From: Thermoplasmata archaeon
Lineage (GTDB): Archaea; Thermoplasmatota; Thermoplasmata; Lutacidiplasmatales; UBA184
Direction of reading: 5' to 3'
Assembly (NCBI GenBank): GCA_036404475.1
Contig: DASWZL010000080.1
Location: 4,811 to 68,810, forward strand
DNA: 64,000 bases
A program made the translations under genes and the position numbers. Numbering within the stretch: position 1 is the first letter of the stretch; the number at the start of each line of letters is the position of its first letter. The notes under the pieces are model-generated. The model saw only the letters and a list, made by a program, of their open reading frames with translations, had not been told where the DNA came from and did not search any database. This document shows, one piece after another, positions 60,870-64,000 of this stretch.

Positions 60870-62600
60870 GTGGAACCCACGACCCCGTCCCCGGCGGCCT
60901 CGCCCGGACCGACGGTCGTCCCGAAGCCGACGCACTCCCTCGCGCTCAGTTCGAGCGCGGTCTTCGCGGCGGGCCTTGCGACGCAGTTGATCGGGTTCTT
61001 CGCGAGCATCGCCTTCTACAAGACGATCGGGCTCACCGATGAGGGTCGGGTCCTCCTCGGGACGGCGCAGCTGTTCCTGCTGATCGGCTCGTCCATCAAC
61101 GGGGTCGGCGACCTCCGTCTCGGCACCGCGTACACGTACTTCCTCGCCCGAGGTAAGCCGGCGACGGACAACACGTCGACCTACCTCCTCGTGCGGATGT
61201 TGATGGTCGGCGCCGCGGGCCTGATCCTCTTCGTGATCGCGCCGGTCTCCATCGGCGGAGCCCGGATCGCCTCGGGAAGCACCGACCTGCTGTCCCTGGG
61301 CATCTTCGTCACCCTCCCGCTCCTTTGGTCGTTCTCGACGGTGTACAACTCGCTCTTCATCGGTGTCGGCAACTCGGTCAAGGCGCAGTATCCGTCCCTG
61401 GTCGAGGCCATCGCCCGGTTGCCGGCGATCATCATCGTGGCGCTCTACTTTCCTACGATCCTCGGGATCACGGTGGCGTACGCGATCGGGGCGGCCGCGT
61501 CGACCATCTACTGTCTTCCCGCGGTCATGCGGCTCCTCCGACGCTTCCATTGGTCGGAGGCCACCCGGATGTTCCGCTTCTCTTGGCCGCTGATGGGCAG
61601 CCTGATGTTGAGCTACCTGGTCACCAACATGATCCCGCTCATCGTGAACGCCTTCCTGGGCGCGGCCGCGCTCACGATCTTCCTCGCCGCGAACGGCTGG
61701 AGGGTCCTCGCCCTTTCCCTTCCCGCGGCGGTCACCACCCCTCTGTTCCCCTACCTGGCCGGACTGCATCGTAAGGAGGAGTACGAGCGGATCCGACGCG
61801 GAACTTGGCAGGCCTTGCGGTATTCAGCGATGCTGCTGGTGCCCGGCGTCGTCGCGCTCGTGACGTACCGGTCCGTCTTCCTGAACGTCTTCCAGAACGC
61901 GGCCTACGCCACCGCCGGGTCGATCCCCCTCGCAATCCTGGTCGTCGGCGCGATCCCGCTCGCGCTGAGCCAGATCATGCAGGCGTCCATCAACTCGATC
62001 GGTCGGCAGCGCTTGGAACTGTACATCACCTCCACCCAGGTGGGCGTCCTGTTCGTGGCGGTCTTCCTCCTCATGCCTTCGTGGTCGCCCTTCTATCTGA
62101 GCAACGGTCTCGTCGCCGGCTCGATCGCAGTGCTCGCTTCCTCGGTCGCGGCCCTCGGTCTCAACACGTACTTCATGGAGACGCTCATTCGGGTCCACAT
62201 CCAACCCCGATCGATCCTCGGGATCACGCTTAGCGCGGCGGGAGGGTTCTTCGTGATGTCCCAGTTCAACCACTTCCTGCCCCACAACCGCTACTTCCAG
62301 CTCGCCGTCGGGGTGATTCTCGGTTTCGTCGCGTACTTCGTGATCCTGATCCTGATTGGGGAGCTCACCCGCCAGGACGTTCGGCAGATCGGATCCTCGG
62401 TGGGCCTTCCCTCGTGGTTCTACAATACGATCGCCCGCCTCTGTTGGAGGGAGACCTCGCCCGGGCTGCTCCCCGTCGACCTGAGCCGCGCGCGGGGATT
62501 GCGACCCACGGAGCTACCGGAGACCTTTGTCGGCGACACCGAAATGCCCGAGATGGCCATGCTCCCGGAGGAGCCTCCGCCATCGCCTCCGGACGTCTGA
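60870..62600 (+). CDS. MOP-superfamily flippase (Wzx/MurJ-like), second copy in window
   Basis: 576 aa with about 14 TM segments and a hydrophilic C-terminal tail. The layout resembles 12885-14447. Confidence 0.62.
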   Translation: MEPTTPSPAASPGPTVVPKPTHSLALSSSAVFAAGLATQLIGFFASIAFYKTIGLTDEGRVLLGTAQLFLLIGSSINGVGDLRLGTAYTYFLARGKPATDNTSTYLLVRMLMVGAAGLILFVIAPVSIGGARIASGSTDLLSLGIFVTLPLLWSFSTVYNSLFIGVGNSVKAQYPSLVEAIARLPAIIIVALYFPTILGITVAYAIGAAASTIYCLPAVMRLLRRFHWSEATRMFRFSWPLMGSLMLSYLVTNMIPLIVNAFLGAAALTIFLAANGWRVLALSLPAAVTTPLFPYLAGLHRKEEYERIRRGTWQALRYSAMLLVPGVVALVTYRSVFLNVFQNAAYATAGSIPLAILVVGAIPLALSQIMQASINSIGRQRLELYITSTQVGVLFVAVFLLMPSWSPFYLSNGLVAGSIAVLASSVAALGLNTYFMETLIRVHIQPRSILGITLSAAGGFFVMSQFNHFLPHNRYFQLAVGVILGFVAYFVILILIGELTRQDVRQIGSSVGLPSWFYNTIARLCWRETSPGLLPVDLSRARGLRPTELPETFVGDTEMPEMAMLPEEPPPSPPDV

Positions 62601-62656
62601 GGAATGCCCGTTCGGATCGGGGAGGCCGCGGTGTGGCCGCGCGAGCGGCGCAGAGC

Positions 62657-62663
62657 TTAAAAT
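62657..62663 (+). promoter_or_regulatory. TATA-like box TTAAAAT
   Basis: Lone AT-rich heptamer in the 374-bp spacer. It is followed by the palindrome GGGACCCGGGTCC and lies 38 bp upstream of ATG 62698. Confidence 0.35.
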
Positions 62664-62697
62664 CGGGACCCGGGTCCTCGGCTCGAGGAAGCTCAGC

Positions 62698-62859
62698 ATG
62701 GTCCATATCGAGGTGCGACCGGAGGTCGACCCGGTCCGGACGCTCCTCCACGGACCATCGTCCGTGGTGGCCGTTCGTGGTTACGCGCCACCCGGGGGCG
62801 CAGGTTGCGGTAGAGGCGGGGCGGGAGGCTACGGCGCGTGGGGACGGAGCGCGGCCTAG
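62698..62859 (+). CDS. Candidate small ORF (53 aa) with Gly-rich C-terminus, unverified
   Basis: ATG is preceded by GAGGAAG (62685-91, SD-like) and by the TATA-like box. Sequence: MVHIEVRPEVDPVRTLLHGPSSVVAVRGYAPPGGAGCGRGGAGGYGAWGRSAA. Third-position G/C bias is strong in the first half only. Confidence 0.3.
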   Translation: MVHIEVRPEVDPVRTLLHGPSSVVAVRGYAPPGGAGCGRGGAGGYGAWGRSAA

Positions 62860-62974
62860 GGCAGCGGAGGCGCGTGCGGGTCGGAATAGGGTTCCACCGG
62901 AGCGCCTCGACGACCGACGACCGACGCCGCTCCTCTCCCCAAGAGAGGGCGACACCGCGGGGCCGGGCGGGTTC

Positions 62975-63901
62975 GTGACCGACCCCGCGCTCTGGAGTGA
63001 GAACCTCCGAAAGGTCTACCGATCGAAGGGGGCGCCTCCCACTGAGGCTCTGGCAGGCGTCTCGCTCGAGGTCCGACGCGGCGAGCGGGTCGCGCTTCTC
63101 GGCCGGAACGGCGCCGGCAAGACGACCTTCCTCAAGATCGCCTCGACGCTCCTCCGGCCCACCTCCGGGCGGATCCAGGTGTTCGGTTATGACGTCGACC
63201 AGACCCCCGAGAAGGCCCGACCGTACATCGCGGTCGTGCCGCAGGAGGGGAAGCCGTTTTTCCACCTCACCCCGCGAGAACAGGTCTACACGTACCTCCG
63301 CGCCCGGGGGTTGGGGCGGGAGACCGCCAAGGCCCGAACGGAAGAGGCGCTCGACAAGATGGGGCTGACCGACTTCGCCGACCGTCTTTCCATCACGCTG
63401 TCGGGAGGTCAACGGCAGCGCGCGATGGTCGCGACCGTCATCGCGACCGAGGCTCCGCTCCTGTTCCTGGACGAGCCGACCATCGGCATGGACCCGTTCG
63501 CGCGACGCGCCGTATGGGAGTCGATGCGAGCGCTCACGCGCCACGGCTCGACCATCCTACTGACGACGCACTACCTCGACGAGGCCGAGGCCCTGAGCGA
63601 CCGGCTCTACGTCATCGAACGGGGAGAGGTGCTGGTCTCGGGGACCGCAGACGACCTCAAGCGGTCCGTCGGAGGCACGGTCAAGGTCCTCCTTCCGGGG
63701 GGGGCGGCGCAGATTGAGTCGTTCCGCACCTTTGGGTCGTGCGTCACCGACGGCGATGCCCTCACCATCATCGCCACACCCGAGCGGTTGGGCGAGCTGA
63801 TGGACCTCGCCGTCCGCTCGAAGCTGATGGCGACCGTCGGTCCGGTCACGCTCGAAGAGGCGTTCCTTCGGGTCGTCGGGCGGTCGATCGATGAGAACTA
63901 G
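62975..63901 (+). CDS. ABC-2-type transporter ATP-binding protein
   Basis: 308 aa from GTG 62975. NLRKVY, GRNGAGKTT, LSGGQRQR and LFLDEPTIGMD are present, together with the C-terminal regulatory domain typical of DrrA/CcmA-like ATPases. Confidence 0.85.
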   Translation: MTDPALWSENLRKVYRSKGAPPTEALAGVSLEVRRGERVALLGRNGAGKTTFLKIASTLLRPTSGRIQVFGYDVDQTPEKARPYIAVVPQEGKPFFHLTPREQVYTYLRARGLGRETAKARTEEALDKMGLTDFADRLSITLSGGQRQRAMVATVIATEAPLLFLDEPTIGMDPFARRAVWESMRALTRHGSTILLTTHYLDEAEALSDRLYVIERGEVLVSGTADDLKRSVGGTVKVLLPGGAAQIESFRTFGSCVTDGDALTIIATPERLGELMDLAVRSKLMATVGPVTLEEAFLRVVGRSIDEN

Positions 63902-64000
63902 CGAACTTCCCCCCAGCTCTCGGGCGTTCCGCGGTCTGAGCGCGTTCCTCTGGACCGAGATCCTCGTCCAGGCGCACGAGGGGCTCGCGATGGCGACCTC
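63891..64000 (+). CDS. ABC-2 permease, N-terminal fragment (continues beyond window)
   Basis: ATG 63891 overlaps the ATPase 3' end by 11 nt. MRTSELPPSSRAFRGLSAFLWTEILVQ.. is a typical ABC-2 permease start. Confidence 0.5.
   Translation, partial: MRTSELPPSSRAFRGLSAFLWTEILVQAHEGLAMAT

Noticed and set aside
1-64000. CRISPR arrays, rRNA genes and large tandem or inverted repeats.
   Set aside because: Reading the intergenic regions showed no regularly spaced direct repeats. The only repeats seen are trivial: CGACCGA x2 at about 62911-62931 and low-complexity GCC/GCG-rich coding for Ala/Gly tracts at 15240-15330.

Overview
GC-rich, stop-codon-poor chromosomal segment of an archaeon. Almost every real gene is shadowed by long Arg/Pro/Gly-rich antisense or out-of-frame ORFs. 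The gene content looks most like a Thermoplasmatota-type euryarchaeon (inference): Thermoplasma-type glucose dehydrogenase next to a DapA-type aldolase, fused ADP-forming acetyl-CoA synthetase, two-subunit 2-oxoacid:ferredoxin oxidoreductase, RadB, the S12-S7-aEF2 block, and the complete proteasome/SBDS/exosome/L37ae/RpoP superoperon. I call about 68 protein genes, one tRNA-Trp(CCA) split by an 85-nt intron, and a set of short AT-rich TATA-like boxes that stand out against the GC background. These boxes mostly sit 25-31 bp from start codons, which suggests leaderless or short-leader transcripts. By eye I saw no rRNA, CRISPR array, transposase, integrase or prophage genes. Most of the window is housekeeping: translation, RNA decay, DNA repair (PolB, UDG, Ogt, RadB, UvrB, Lhr), purine/pyrimidine synthesis and molybdopterin synthesis. 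I found no convincing new multi-gene system. The items most worth a second look are local oddities: (1) the structured tRNA-Trp intron, which is complementary to its own anticodon loop; (2) a 53-codon Gly-rich ORF with its own promoter and SD-like signal in a 374-bp spacer directly upstream of an ABC-2 exporter; (3) trm1, whose conserved N-terminus begins where no canonical start codon exists; (4) a 100-aa protein ending in a ribosomal P-stalk-like tail; (5) a TraB-like paralogue that has lost both GxxH motifs and is coupled to an HTH regulator; (6) an iron/B12-type ABC ATPase with an extra ~170-aa C-terminal domain; (7) a KNTase-like nucleotidyltransferase head-to-head with a beta-CASP RNase at the edge of the exosome operon. 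All homology statements are by-eye motif recognition from the supplied translations. No database search was run.
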